Below, piece by piece: positions 40,631-50,965 of a stretch of DNA of 64,000 nucleotides. Below the pieces are notes generated by a model. The model made no database searches, was not told where the DNA came from, and saw nothing but the letters and a program-made list of their open reading frames with translations. Position 1 is the stretch's first letter. Each line of letters begins with the position of its first letter. The position numbers and the translations under genes are program-made. Source of the DNA: Limnothrix sp. BL-A-16. GTDB taxonomy: Bacteria; Cyanobacteriota; Cyanobacteriia; CACIAM-69d. The stretch lies in the NCBI GenBank assembly GCA_041937175.2, contig CP166615.1, forward strand, positions 1,472,001-1,536,000. Direction: 5' to 3'.

Positions 40631-42115
40631 TTAGTCCTGTCCAGCAGGAACCCATACCGAAACAGAGCCGCCTTCACAACGAAATTCGCCCCAGCCTTCG
40701 TCATTCGTTAGCACTGGCTCGCTAATATGCTCAGTCAAATCAATATAGGTACAGTTCTTTTGCCCAACTTCCATGGACTTAGTGCCCGCATCTCCATTGC
40801 TCAAAAGAACAGCCATTCCTCCTGGATGTTCTGCATCCCCTAGCCTTGTCCATCCAATGGTATTGGCGTGATCAAAGTAGTCAAACTGCTCGCCATAGGC
40901 ATAGGTTTGACGCGCCCATAGGAACTTGTCAATCAACCATTGATGGCTATCCAGCCAAATTTCATATTCCCCACCATCTTGGCCATTGTCGGTGTAATGA
41001 GCACCATAATAATCAGCATAAAAAATGCAAGGATACCCATCACGCCTCAGCAGAATCAAGGCATAAGCTAAGGGTTTAAACCAAGCTTCAACCACTGACT
41101 CTAGCGATTGCAGCGGCTGAGAATCATGATTGTCAACGAGCGTCACCGCTAACGATGGTTGCTGCTGAACTAGGGTATTGTCAAAAATTTGCCGTAAATC
41201 GTAGTCGTTTCCCGCAACACTGGCTGCACTAAAGTTGTAGTGCAGCGGGGCATCAAACAGCGTAATATCGCCGCCGGTCACTTCAATAAAATGATTCAGC
41301 GCCTCTACTTCATAGGACCAGTATTCACCAACTGCAAACAATCGACGACCGGTTTCTTTTCTCAGGTAGTTTAACCACTCAGAAAAGAAGTTTGCCTTGA
41401 TATGTTTGACAGCATCAAACCGAAAACCATCGACATTGGTTAAGTCAACATACCAAGTGCCCCAACGATTTAGCTCATCGCGCACTTCTGGATTGTCCAT
41501 ATCCAGATCACAACCCATCAAATAGTCAAAGTTACCCTTTTCTAGGTCAACCTCGTTCTCAAAGGACTTGTCTTTAAATAGATAAATGGCATGTTCAGAT
41601 TCATTATCGGCATTGTAATCCACAGCATCAAAATGCCACCAATGCCATTCCATTGCGGAATACATTCCATTACGGCCGGGAAATGTAAAATGCGTCCAGG
41701 CTTTAATGGTTTGATAATCACCGATCGGGTGGTTGCGATCGTCTGGATTCAGGGGAATGGCCTCTGCATCCTCAGCATGATCGGCTCCCAGTTTATGGTT
41801 TAGAACAACGTCCGCATAGACTTGTATTCCAGCACGCTGAACAGCAGCGATCGCCTTGAGATATTCATCTTTTGTGCCATATTTGGTGCGAACTGATCCT
41901 TTTTGATCAAACTCACCCAAATCAAAAATGTCATAGACACCATAGCCCACATCGTAGCCACCACCTGCGCATTTATAAGCAGGAGGCAACCACAGGGAAG
42001 TAATACCAACCTTGGCTAGGGCCTCAGCATTTTCTGCTAACTGATTCCACAGATTGCCATCGGGGGGCAAATACCAGTGGAAGTACTGCATCATCACGCC
42101 ATTGAGATCAGACAT
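40631..42115 (-). CDS. amyA: Cytoplasmic alpha-amylase (GH13, AmyA type)
   Basis: MMQYFHW, DVVLNH, GFRFDAVKH, GEYW, DNHD catalytic motifs; no signal peptide. Confidence 0.93.
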   Translation of the reverse strand: MSDLNGVMMQYFHWYLPPDGNLWNQLAENAEALAKVGITSLWLPPAYKCAGGGYDVGYGVYDIFDLGEFDQKGSVRTKYGTKDEYLKAIAAVQRAGIQVYADVVLNHKLGADHAEDAEAIPLNPDDRNHPIGDYQTIKAWTHFTFPGRNGMYSAMEWHWWHFDAVDYNADNESEHAIYLFKDKSFENEVDLEKGNFDYLMGCDLDMDNPEVRDELNRWGTWYVDLTNVDGFRFDAVKHIKANFFSEWLNYLRKETGRRLFAVGEYWSYEVEALNHFIEVTGGDITLFDAPLHYNFSAASVAGNDYDLRQIFDNTLVQQQPSLAVTLVDNHDSQPLQSLESVVEAWFKPLAYALILLRRDGYPCIFYADYYGAHYTDNGQDGGEYEIWLDSHQWLIDKFLWARQTYAYGEQFDYFDHANTIGWTRLGDAEHPGGMAVLLSNGDAGTKSMEVGQKNCTYIDLTEHISEPVLTNDEGWGEFRCEGGSVSVWVPAGQD

Positions 42116-42392
42116 TGCACAAGCTCCCTAGCGAATAGCTAAAGTTTTTGGGGAACCATCATCAGCTCAGTTACCCCATGCATGAGTTCATTGCAAGAAA
42201 GCAAAATCTTGGGTTTTATTCAAAAGAATTTGATGTGATATTCATTTAGAATCAATTCAGCATCATTAACGTATTAAAAGCCGACCGAAAAATTTAATAT
42301 GACACATCAAATGAAAAACGGTCTTTGCGTGAATGAATTTAGACATAAAAATATAAAGACCGTATTTTTCACAACCCATCACAATAATTGCC

Positions 42393-42939
42393 ATGTCACC
42401 TCGGATGCTGGAACTCACTGATCGCCTCTATGACTACCTGTTAGCGGTTTCCCTCCGCGAGCCAGCTATCTTGCAGGAGCTACGCGCAGTAACAACCTGC
42501 CATTCAGCAAATTGCGCCGGAGCAAGGGCAATTCATGGCTTTGCTGGTGCAACTATTGGGGGCGCAACGGGCGATCGAAATTGGCACTTTCACCGGCTAC
42601 AGCACCCTTTGTGTGGCCCTGGCTATGCCAGAGCAAGGGGAAATCATTGCCTGCGACATCAACGCCAACGACACCGCGATCGCCCAAGAATTTTGGCAGC
42701 AGGCCGGCATTGATCACAAAATTACCCTGAAAATTGCCCCAGCCCTGACCACGCTCGATCGCCTCTTGACCGAAGGGCGCGCCGATGAGTTTGACTTTGC
42801 CTTCATCGATGCGGACAAGAAAAACTACATCAACTATTTCGATTGCTGCCGTGAACTCGGGCGGCCCGGCGGGCTAATTGCGCCCTGTGCGATTGGCTAC
42901 TCAATATCCACGGCGATCAAATTTCACATAGTTAAGTAA
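42393..42939 (+). pseudogene. Caffeoyl-CoA-type O-methyltransferase, frameshifted and C-terminally truncated
   Basis: N-terminus LYDYLLAVSLREP is in one frame; QIAPEQGQFM...EIGTFTGYS...FIDADK is in another (shift near 42505). Homology ends at RPGGLIA, and the DNVLW motif is missing. Confidence 0.85.
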
Positions 42940-43065
42940 AAATAGTGAATGTTGTTAGACGTAAACAATTCATTGATTTGCTATTGATTTCAGATAAAAT
43001 CAAGAAGAGCTGCGTCACTCTGCCACACAACAAACTTTTGCCAAAATCAATTATTTGAAAAGTCA

Positions 43066-43956
43066 ATGCGAAAATTTCTTGATTTTGCCCCCGGCATCGA
43101 ATTCTATATCAAGATCGCAATTGCTTGCACACTACTTCAGCAAATATTTTTTTATTTTTTGGGAAATACTGGAATTTCCTTTCTGAATCAAGTTCTACTT
43201 TACTGGGCGGTTGGTTCTATTTCCTTTTATGGAATTGGCATCCTAATTGAAAAAGTCATCAAGAAAAATGATGTCTTGAAAGGAAAACTCATTGCAAGAG
43301 TTGTCAAGGTCAAGGAACAGCCATTTCCTGTTTTTACGGCAAAATCAGTTATTTTTGGCGAGCTGAAATCTTTGATTGCAGCATTTATCATTCTCTACCT
43401 AGCTCCGGAAGTTCACAGGGGTAACAGCCTAATGCTGAACGTTGGATGGTTCCTAATGAGAATTGTTATTGCAGACCTTTGTTTCTATATTTCGCACTGG
43501 CTACTTCACAGAAAGCCTTTTATAAGAATTCATCTGAAACATCATGAATTTCGTGATGCTTCTAGCTTTGTTGCTGGACATAAAAGTTTTCTTGAATACA
43601 TCATCACCACTTTGATAGATCTTCTGCCTATTTTTATATTTGGGTATGACATCACTCAACTCTGTGCATGGACGATTATAGGTAACATCTACAATCTAGA
43701 AGGCCATAGTTCATTGTCGATTTTCTTTATTTCATCTGATTTTCACGATCTTCATCATACTGGCTTCAATGGAAATTACGGTATTCAAGACTTTTGGGAT
43801 CGTGTATTCAACACTTTAAAACCAATAACAAAACAGCTGCGGCCCGTTTTTCCAGCGAATTATCTCCAACTGGGCAATCAGCACTTATCTTCTAAATTAC
43901 AAGAATCCGCTCAATCGACTACTGATTACGTAGTTGGAGAAGGAATAAACAAGTAA
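43066..43956 (+). CDS. Sterol desaturase / fatty-acid hydroxylase family protein
   Basis: His boxes HWLLH, HLKHH, HDLHH, then NYG...WDRVFNT; AT-rich. Confidence 0.87.
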   Translation: MRKFLDFAPGIEFYIKIAIACTLLQQIFFYFLGNTGISFLNQVLLYWAVGSISFYGIGILIEKVIKKNDVLKGKLIARVVKVKEQPFPVFTAKSVIFGELKSLIAAFIILYLAPEVHRGNSLMLNVGWFLMRIVIADLCFYISHWLLHRKPFIRIHLKHHEFRDASSFVAGHKSFLEYIITTLIDLLPIFIFGYDITQLCAWTIIGNIYNLEGHSSLSIFFISSDFHDLHHTGFNGNYGIQDFWDRVFNTLKPITKQLRPVFPANYLQLGNQHLSSKLQESAQSTTDYVVGEGINK

Positions 43957-44031
43957 CAGAATTGAATAGGTGAAAGTGATGGGCTACATTGAAATCCGGA
44001 ATTAAGAATCCTTAATTGATATCAGCATCGA

Positions 44032-44077
44032 TCATTGGATTCGCGATCGCCGATCGGGGTAGCCGAGGAGTTCAAGT
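44032..44077 (+). repeat. 46-bp copy of an internal Uma2 segment (38693-38738) containing HIP1
   Basis: TCATTGGATTCGCGATCGCCGATCGGGG[C/T]AGCCGAG[AAA/GAG]TTCAAGT, 43 of 46 identical. Confidence 0.85.
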
Positions 44078-44100
44078 TTAGCTTTTTACGCATTCCCTAA

Positions 44101-44231
44101 GAGGATGCCTGAAAAGCCAAAATTAATACAATGCTTGTTCCAGCGATCGACGGAAATAAGGGGCTTAAGCCCCTTGCTGCCACGACTATTGGCGCTTAGT
44201 TCGGGCCGAAAGATACTTTTCAGACATCCTC
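44101..44231 (-). mobile_element. 131-bp MITE, copy 2 (inverted; close to copy 1)
   Basis: TIRs with one mismatch, TAA target duplication, central palindrome. Confidence 0.9.
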
Positions 44232-44821
44232 TAAGGTGCATTTTCCCAATCGGGAGAGAGGGCACGGAAATTAAAGAAGTCAGCGCGGGGATGGCAACGA
44301 ATGCAGGTGCTGAGTTGAACGGGGTCTGGTAGCTGGACGCGAGGGTGCAAAGCCTTGAAGGTGGTGGTTCTGCCAACGCGGTAGTTAATTTGTTCGTTAT
44401 TTTCGGCGGGGCGTGAATATTCTTTCAAATAGTTCCAAATGATTTGGAGGCTGGGATCTCGGGGTGTCTCAATGGTGGTTCCGTAGTGGTCGCGATCGCG
44501 AATTAGATTTCGCCAAACCTGACTGGGCATTAATCCTGGGGGCACGCCGATATGGCAGGAGGCACAATTTTCCAGGTACAGTTCTCGCCCCAGCGTGAAA
44601 GAGGGCGCAACGCGATCGATGTCGCCGTTGGGGTCGATTAACACCGATCGTTCGGCTTGGGCGATGACCGATCGATCAGAATCCGCGATCGGGAGCGAAC
44701 TAGGCGCGATCGCCCGGGCCAGCCCGACCCCAAACAGCATGGCCAGCAGTGCCAGCAGGAGCGCAATCCCCCAGGATGCACGCCGCGATCGGATGAGATG
44801 CCCAAATTTGCTGTCTGCCAT
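44231..44821 (-). CDS. Dihaem cytochrome c family protein
   Basis: Two CxxCH motifs (CASCH, CIRCH); N-terminal TM or signal. Confidence 0.85.
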   Translation of the reverse strand: MADSKFGHLIRSRRASWGIALLLALLAMLFGVGLARAIAPSSLPIADSDRSVIAQAERSVLIDPNGDIDRVAPSFTLGRELYLENCASCHIGVPPGLMPSQVWRNLIRDRDHYGTTIETPRDPSLQIIWNYLKEYSRPAENNEQINYRVGRTTTFKALHPRVQLPDPVQLSTCIRCHPRADFFNFRALSPDWENAP

Positions 44822-44868
44822 GCCCGATGGTTGCCGTGAAGGATTTAGAGGAAAGGAATGGGTGGGAG

Positions 44869-45807
44869 CTAGTCTACGGAAATCGTTTGCAAGAGCCGAT
44901 CGACCACAGTACGGGCGTTTTTGCCCCCAGCGGGAATCAAGCGGTGTGCCAAAACCGAGAGCGCCAATTGTTTCACGTCATCGGGCAAAATATAATCCCG
45001 ATTTTGCAAGAAGGCGAGGGCCTGGGCGGAACGTTGCATGGCAACCGCGCCCCGGGGACTGACTCCAAGGGTGATTTCATCATCTTGGCGGGTCGATCGC
45101 ACCAGGCGCAGGATATAGTCCTGGACTGCGGCGGAAACCTGCACTTGGCGACAGGCTTTTTGCAGTTCCCGCACCGACTCCAGCGTAATGCAGGGTTGCA
45201 AATCTTGGTCGATCGCCCCCATCTGGTGTCGCTGCAACATCCGCAGTTCATCTTCCGCCGACGGATAGCCTAGGGAAAAGGACAGGGCAAAGCGATCCAT
45301 TTGGGCTTCCGGAAGCGGAAACGTTCCTTGATACTCGATCGGGTTTTGGGTCGCAATCACAAAAAACGGCTCCGGCACGGGCCGCGACAACCCATCCAAG
45401 GTCACCTGTCGCTCTTCCATCACTTCCAACAACGCCGCTTGAGTGCGCGGTGTGGCCCGGTTAATTTCATCGGCCAACAACACATTGCTGAAAGCGGGCC
45501 CCGCCACAAACTCGAATTGCCCCTTTTGGGGGTTCCAAATATTGGTACCGGTCACGTCAGCGGGCAACAGGTCGGGGGTGCATTGCAAGCGCTGGAACTT
45601 GCCATCAATCGATCGCGCCAGGGACTTGGCCAACAGCGTTTTGCCCACTCCGGGCACATCCTCTAGCAGCGCATGGCCGCCCCCCAGCAGCGCCACCAAC
45701 ACAAGCTGGATCGCTTCATCTTTGCCAACGATCGCCCGTTGGAGATTGTTCTGAAGTGCTTGCAGCGCCTGTTTATGCGATTCGAGCGTTGGCGAACTTT
45801 CACCCAT
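44869..45807 (-). CDS. MoxR family AAA+ ATPase
   Basis: LEDVPGVGKT, LADEINR, ATQNPIE, PLPEAQMDRF, SPR. Confidence 0.94.
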   Translation of the reverse strand: MGESSPTLESHKQALQALQNNLQRAIVGKDEAIQLVLVALLGGGHALLEDVPGVGKTLLAKSLARSIDGKFQRLQCTPDLLPADVTGTNIWNPQKGQFEFVAGPAFSNVLLADEINRATPRTQAALLEVMEERQVTLDGLSRPVPEPFFVIATQNPIEYQGTFPLPEAQMDRFALSFSLGYPSAEDELRMLQRHQMGAIDQDLQPCITLESVRELQKACRQVQVSAAVQDYILRLVRSTRQDDEITLGVSPRGAVAMQRSAQALAFLQNRDYILPDDVKQLALSVLAHRLIPAGGKNARTVVDRLLQTISVD

Positions 45808-45961
45808 GATTCAATCCTAAAATTTGGCCTGACTTGGCAAAGCCAGCTCCATCACTTCAGCTCCAAGGGTGCAGCCCCAAGGGTGCGGCCCCAAGCCATC
45901 TGCCAGCCATGGAACGGTTTGTCTGAATTCATCGGAGGGACTGGGAAAACCTCCCGTCAGC

Positions 45962-46927
45962 TTAACTTAAGGGAACAGCAGTGAGGCGATCGCGGGCCTG
46001 TTCACGATCCTGCTCAATTTGAGTTTTCAGGTCTGCCAAAGAGGCAAACCGCTGCTCTGGGCGCAGAAAATCCACTAACTCGATCGTCACCCATTGTCCA
46101 TACAAATCCCCTGACCAGTCCAGCAGATGCACCTCCACGGTTACCGCCGCTTGTTCTCCCACCGTCGGCCGCCGACCAACATTCGTGACCCCCGGCCCCA
46201 CGGAACCATCGGCCAAGGTGACCCGCACCGCATAGACCCCCAATCGGGGCAGTAGTTTTTCGGGGGAAATGGCTAGGTTGGCCGTTGGGAAGCCCAATTG
46301 CCGCCCCAGTTGTTGACCCGCTTCCACCCGTCCAGTAATCGCGTAGGGCCGACCCAGGAGTTCTTGGGCCTTGTACAAATCCCCATCCAAGAGAGCGGCC
46401 CGAATTCGGGAACTGCTGATGCGGCCCTCTTGGTCGGACATCAGCGACACGATTTTGACCGGCACGCCAAATTCGGCGGCAATTTCCCGCAGGCGATCGG
46501 CCGTTCCCGATCGCCCCCGGCCAAAATGAAAATCTGCCCCCACGGCGATCGCCCGGGCCTGCAAGCCCCGAATCAGGATCTCAACCGTAAAATCCTCAGG
46601 GGTCAAATCCGCCAGCGATCGCCCAAAGGGCAGAATCACAAATTGCTCAATTCCCAGCCGATCGAGCACCTGCGCCTTCTCATCCATCGGCGTGAGCAAA
46701 GGGTGCGATCGCCCACTGAAAAACGCCTTGGGGTGGGGCGAAAAGGAAACCACCGTACTCACCGGCATCGAACCTGGCTCAGCGGCAGAATCACTTGGGT
46801 CGATCGCCGGGCCATTCAAAATTGGCGCAATTACCCGTTGGTGACCCCGATGCACACCATCAAAATTACCAAGCGCGATCGTGGTCGGCGACAGTACCGA
46901 ATCCAGTGCAGACGTGATCCAGACCAA
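45962..46927 (-). CDS. ribF: Bifunctional riboflavin kinase / FAD synthetase
   Basis: GNFDGVHRGH, ISSSRIR, GRQLGFPTAN, EVHLLD, LRPEQRF. Confidence 0.96.
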   Translation of the reverse strand: MVWITSALDSVLSPTTIALGNFDGVHRGHQRVIAPILNGPAIDPSDSAAEPGSMPVSTVVSFSPHPKAFFSGRSHPLLTPMDEKAQVLDRLGIEQFVILPFGRSLADLTPEDFTVEILIRGLQARAIAVGADFHFGRGRSGTADRLREIAAEFGVPVKIVSLMSDQEGRISSSRIRAALLDGDLYKAQELLGRPYAITGRVEAGQQLGRQLGFPTANLAISPEKLLPRLGVYAVRVTLADGSVGPGVTNVGRRPTVGEQAAVTVEVHLLDWSGDLYGQWVTIELVDFLRPEQRFASLADLKTQIEQDREQARDRLTAVPLS

Positions 46928-47045
46928 TAGGACTCTCTAAGCTCCCCGAACAACAAACTCCTGCGAGCTGCGCCCTCTCAATCGATCGACAACCTAGAGC
47001 GATGACCTAGACCTAGATCCAGGTTCATGACTCCGATGCATCACC

Positions 47046-47120
47046 TAGCTCAAGACCTGCTAGCTCAAGACTGGCCAGATCAAAGACCCATCAGCTCAAG
47101 ACTTCCTAGCTCAAGACCCG
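47046..47120. repeat. Tandem array, about 5 x 15 bp (AGCTCAAGAC core)
   Basis: tagctcaagacctgc/tagctcaagactggc/cagatcaaagacccat/cagctcaagacttcc/tagctcaagacccg. Confidence 0.8.
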
Positions 47121-47176
47121 ATCGGGGCAATTTCAGCTTAATCCAGGTATGCAATCTAGGGATGGCTGTCAGTCAT

Positions 47177-48076
47177 CTAGGCGAGCACCGTCACCTCTGG
47201 GCGAATGGTCGGTTGTTCTGGTCGTCGGGGGGTCAGTTGAATTGTCATCCCCTCCATCGCAATCAACGCATGGGGGAAAGCCGCCGCCGCCTGCCGACCC
47301 ATCTCATCCAAGAAGGCATCCGTGTGCAGAGGATCATGATGGAAAATGACCAACTGGTCAACATTGGCCGCCTTCGCCACCTTCACCGCCTCTTGCCAGG
47401 TGGAATGGCCCCAGCCCACCTTGCTGGTCTTAGGCGAATGGTATTCATCGTCGGTGTAGGTGGCATCGTAAATCAGCACATCCGCATCCTTGGCCAGGTG
47501 CAGCACGTTCTCGTCCAGGCGATCGGAAAAATGTTCCGTATCGGTGACGTAAGCCACAACCCGCCCTTGCCAGGTGATGCGATAGCCCACCGCTTCGCCG
47601 GGGTGATTGAGAGACGCATTTTCCACATGCAGATCATCGATTGAGATCGTGTCTCCCACCTGCATGTCATAGAACGCCAAATCCGCCCCCATCACTTGCA
47701 GAGGAACCGGGAAGTTGGGATGCAACATTTGGTCATTCATGCGCTGCTTAATCGTCGCCCCATTGGGCGCGGGCGCTCCATAGATGTGGAAGCGATTGCC
47801 CTTGATAAAAGCAGGCACGAAGAACGGGAAGCCTTGAATGTGGTCCCAATGACTGTGGGTGAAGAACATGTGGGCTTCAACGGGCATCTCGGCTAGCATG
47901 GATTGCCCCAAGACCCTTAACCCCGTACCACCATCAAAAATCAACCGACGATCGCCCACGCGCATTTCGACACAGGGGGTGTTACCGCCGTATTTAACCG
48001 TCTCAGGGCCCGGGCAGGGAATACTGCCACGAACACCCCAAAAGCGGATCTGGAACTGGCTGTTCGGACTGGACAT
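47177..48076 (-). CDS. MBL-fold metallo-hydrolase (RNase Z / phosphodiesterase-like)
   Basis: FWGVRGS, YGGNT, DGGTG, THSHWDH, TDTEH, GHS, FHHDP. Confidence 0.88.
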   Translation of the reverse strand: MSSPNSQFQIRFWGVRGSIPCPGPETVKYGGNTPCVEMRVGDRRLIFDGGTGLRVLGQSMLAEMPVEAHMFFTHSHWDHIQGFPFFVPAFIKGNRFHIYGAPAPNGATIKQRMNDQMLHPNFPVPLQVMGADLAFYDMQVGDTISIDDLHVENASLNHPGEAVGYRITWQGRVVAYVTDTEHFSDRLDENVLHLAKDADVLIYDATYTDDEYHSPKTSKVGWGHSTWQEAVKVAKAANVDQLVIFHHDPLHTDAFLDEMGRQAAAAFPHALIAMEGMTIQLTPRRPEQPTIRPEVTVLA

Positions 48077-49325
48077 GGGTAAGCGGATAAGCCAAATTTC
48101 AGTGCAGAGTGACGCTCCCCGATGCCATACAGCCTAGCGCGATCGGTCGCATGACTGGGGAAAACATTGCGGTGGGTCAGCAGATGGAGATTCAGGCGGA
48201 ATTCATACAGAGCATGACCAACGATGTTTGCCGAAAGCATTGCCGAAAACAACCGACGGTCGCAGCTCGGCCCTGGGCATAGATTGCATTGCTGAAGAAT
48301 GCATCTCTAGAATTTTCAGCAAGAATTCCCAGTGAGGAATCTCGGCTTGAAGCTCTAGATTGACTTTGCGTTAGGCCAATTGATGCACAGGGATTCGCAA
48401 GATGCAAGGTGGTTGGACTGTCACCCAGGTAGAGTTTGGTTAAACCAAAACTAGAGTAAAGCCGCATTCGCACAGGCGAGGTGATTTAAATCAAAGCTTG
48501 TCCCGATTGCCGTCAGATTTGTAGTCTGGGATAGCATTTGGGCAATTCTAAAATTTTCATCGACCTGGAGCTTTGACCCAGATCCTCGACCCAGATCCTC
48601 GCCTCAGATGCCAAAGCCAGCGTCGGGCCCTGAGCGGCTCCGCACCCCCTGGATCCAGATCCTGAATTCGGATAACGGATTGATTCAGACCGATCGATCA
48701 GCAAGCGTGAAATTCCAGCAGCGCTGGGTGACTTCGATTTTGACCCGTTGGGCCCCGATCGTGCCAGGTTATGACCCGACAACTATATTGACCTAATCTG
48801 ACTCAATTGGGCACTAACTGTTTTTGACGAATCGGAACCGATGGCAGGTGGGGGTTGCCCAAGGAAGCGATCAAACCTGAACCTGTTGAACCTCCCAGAA
48901 TCTTAGCTGACATTCTCTGCCGGCCTGTGAGGGAGAACACAGGCGATCGGGGCAATTTCAGCAAGGATTTAGGGTAGGTTATCCCTCGTTTCGCAGATTG
49001 GGGAACAGCGTCCGGAATCCTTAAGGCTTCCAGAGCAATTCCGGCCCAGATGATTCGGGCCAAGCGCCATCGCCAAACGCCATGGCCCAGACTTGGCTAG
49101 GATCCCTGTGGTCAAGATCTGCCGCTAGACATCGGAGCCGTCTTTGATTCATTCTGGGTCTGATCTGACCGGTCTTGATTGGATTTGAAGACAAGCGGAT
49201 ACTAGCCCCTACCATTGGCTTGGGCTGAGTCCGCCGATCGGGGGTCACCCTGGAGTCATTGCCTGAGAGTGATGACTGGGGAGTGATGAACTTGGGGAGA
49301 ACTGCTGGGGCGTGGGTCTGCCTGA

Positions 49326-49456
49326 GAGGATGTCTGAGAAGCATCTTTCAGTACGGGCCAAGCATCAATTATCGTGGGGGCAAGGGGCTTAAGCCCCTTG
49401 TTTGCGTTGATCGCTGGAGCATACAGAGTAGCAATTTTGGCTTTTCAGACATCCTC
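49326..49456 (+). mobile_element. 131-bp MITE, copy 3 (diverged interior)
   Basis: GAGGATGTCTGAGAAG...CTTTTCAGACATCCTC, TGA target duplication, perfect central palindrome. Confidence 0.9.
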
Positions 49457-49609
49457 TGAGCTGTGCCTCTGTTTAAGCTTTCCTGGAGATCTCCATCTTT
49501 TATCCCTGCGCTGTTGACTACTGTTGACTACTGGTGTGGCTGATCGTGATCCAACTGCTACTTAGTCTATTGAATTGCTCTAACCAGTGCCATTAGGAGA
49601 CCATTTACC

Positions 49610-50869
49610 ATGCGATCGCGCACTGTCCGAGAGGGGGCCGTTGGTCTGCTGGTGCTATTGGGACTGGGGCTGGTTGCGGTGCTGAGTCTGTGGCTCAGTG
49701 AAACCTATTTGGGTCGTCGTCCCTATCGTTTAATTGTTGAGTTTGCCAATGCTGATGGGCTAAAGGTTGGCTCGCCGGTTTTGTTCCGTGGCGTACCGGT
49801 TGGCAAGGTGACAGACATTCGGGCGGCTTCCAACTCGGTTGATGTGGTGATTGAGGTTGAAAATCCGGAGTTACGGATGCCTCGCCAATCCTCGGCGGAA
49901 GTCGATCGCACCGGGTTGATTGGCGAAGCCTCGTTGGCCATTCGCCCCCTCAACGACAACCACCCAGTGCCCACGGTGGGGCCGGGGCCAACCCAAGGGG
50001 ACTGTGATTCCCAGTTGTTGCTTTGTGGGGGCGATCGCCTGGTGGGCAGCCCGCCGATTAACTACGGATCGTTGATTCGGGCGATCGTCAAAATTGCGGA
50101 TTTGATTACGGATCCGACGTTTCAAGGCAAGGTCGATCGAGCCATGGGTAACCTCAACGCCACCACGGTCGAAATTCGCCAGCTCAGTCGGGATGCAGCC
50201 AGTTTGGCACGAACCCTTCAGCAGGAGGTGCGCACCTTTGGCAACACGGCCCGTTCCATTACCCGCACCTCGGACACCATTAATCGCGCCACGGGCAACA
50301 CCACCACGGCCATTGTTCGCACCGCCAATTCCCTGGAGCAAACCAGTACGAGCGTTAATGGGCTAATTGTCAGTAACCGGGGGAATTTGAGCCGAACATT
50401 AACCAGCTTGGCGGAAACCAGCGCGAGTCTGCGCAACGCGTTGGGAGAGGTTGCGCCGGCCATGCGTCAGTTACGCGGCAGCAACCTCTTGCAGAATTTG
50501 GATGCGCTGACGGAAAATGCGGCCCAAACGGCGGCCAATTTGCGGGACATCACGGGGGCGATTAAGAGTCCCCAAAGTCTGTTGATGTTGCAGCAAACGG
50601 TGAATTCCGCGCGATCGACCCTCCAAAATCTTGAAAAAATCACCAGTGATTTGGATGAGCTGACGGGCGATCCACAATTTCGCAGCAGCTTGCGGGTGAT
50701 TATTACAGCGCTGGGGCAATTTCTGGCCACTACGCAACAGCTTGAGGAACAGGTGCAAGCTCCGGGCCCGGGGCCGGAACGGGCAACCCCGCCGACCAAT
50801 CGACCTGCTAACCGGCCCGCTAACCGATCCGAAAGTGAACCGGATGTGGATGTGCGGTTTGAGCGTTAG
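49610..50869 (+). CDS. mlaD: MlaD/MCE family lipid-transport protein (Ycf22/TGD2-like)
   Basis: MRSRTVREGAVGL, ADGLKVGSPVLFRGVPVGKV, GLIGE, long helical tail. Confidence 0.9.
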   Translation: MRSRTVREGAVGLLVLLGLGLVAVLSLWLSETYLGRRPYRLIVEFANADGLKVGSPVLFRGVPVGKVTDIRAASNSVDVVIEVENPELRMPRQSSAEVDRTGLIGEASLAIRPLNDNHPVPTVGPGPTQGDCDSQLLLCGGDRLVGSPPINYGSLIRAIVKIADLITDPTFQGKVDRAMGNLNATTVEIRQLSRDAASLARTLQQEVRTFGNTARSITRTSDTINRATGNTTTAIVRTANSLEQTSTSVNGLIVSNRGNLSRTLTSLAETSASLRNALGEVAPAMRQLRGSNLLQNLDALTENAAQTAANLRDITGAIKSPQSLLMLQQTVNSARSTLQNLEKITSDLDELTGDPQFRSSLRVIITALGQFLATTQQLEEQVQAPGPGPERATPPTNRPANRPANRSESEPDVDVRFER

Positions 50870-50945
50870 TGGTTTGAGTGTTCGTGGCTTGAGCGTTAAG
50901 AATTTGGGCGCTAGTGGTTTGAGTGTTAGGGATTTGAGTGTTTGT
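50856..50945. repeat. Tandem array, 6 x 15 bp, starting in the last codons of mlaD
   Basis: ggtttgagcgttagt/ggtttgagtgttcgt/ggcttgagcgttaag/aatttgggcgctagt/ggtttgagtgttagg/gatttgagtgtttgt. Confidence 0.88.
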
Positions 50946-50965
50946 GCAGGCAGCCGATCGCCCGC

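Noticed and set aside
29460..44231. Prophage, ICE or classical integron
   Set aside because: No integrase, phage or conjugation genes, tRNA attachment site or attC repeats were seen
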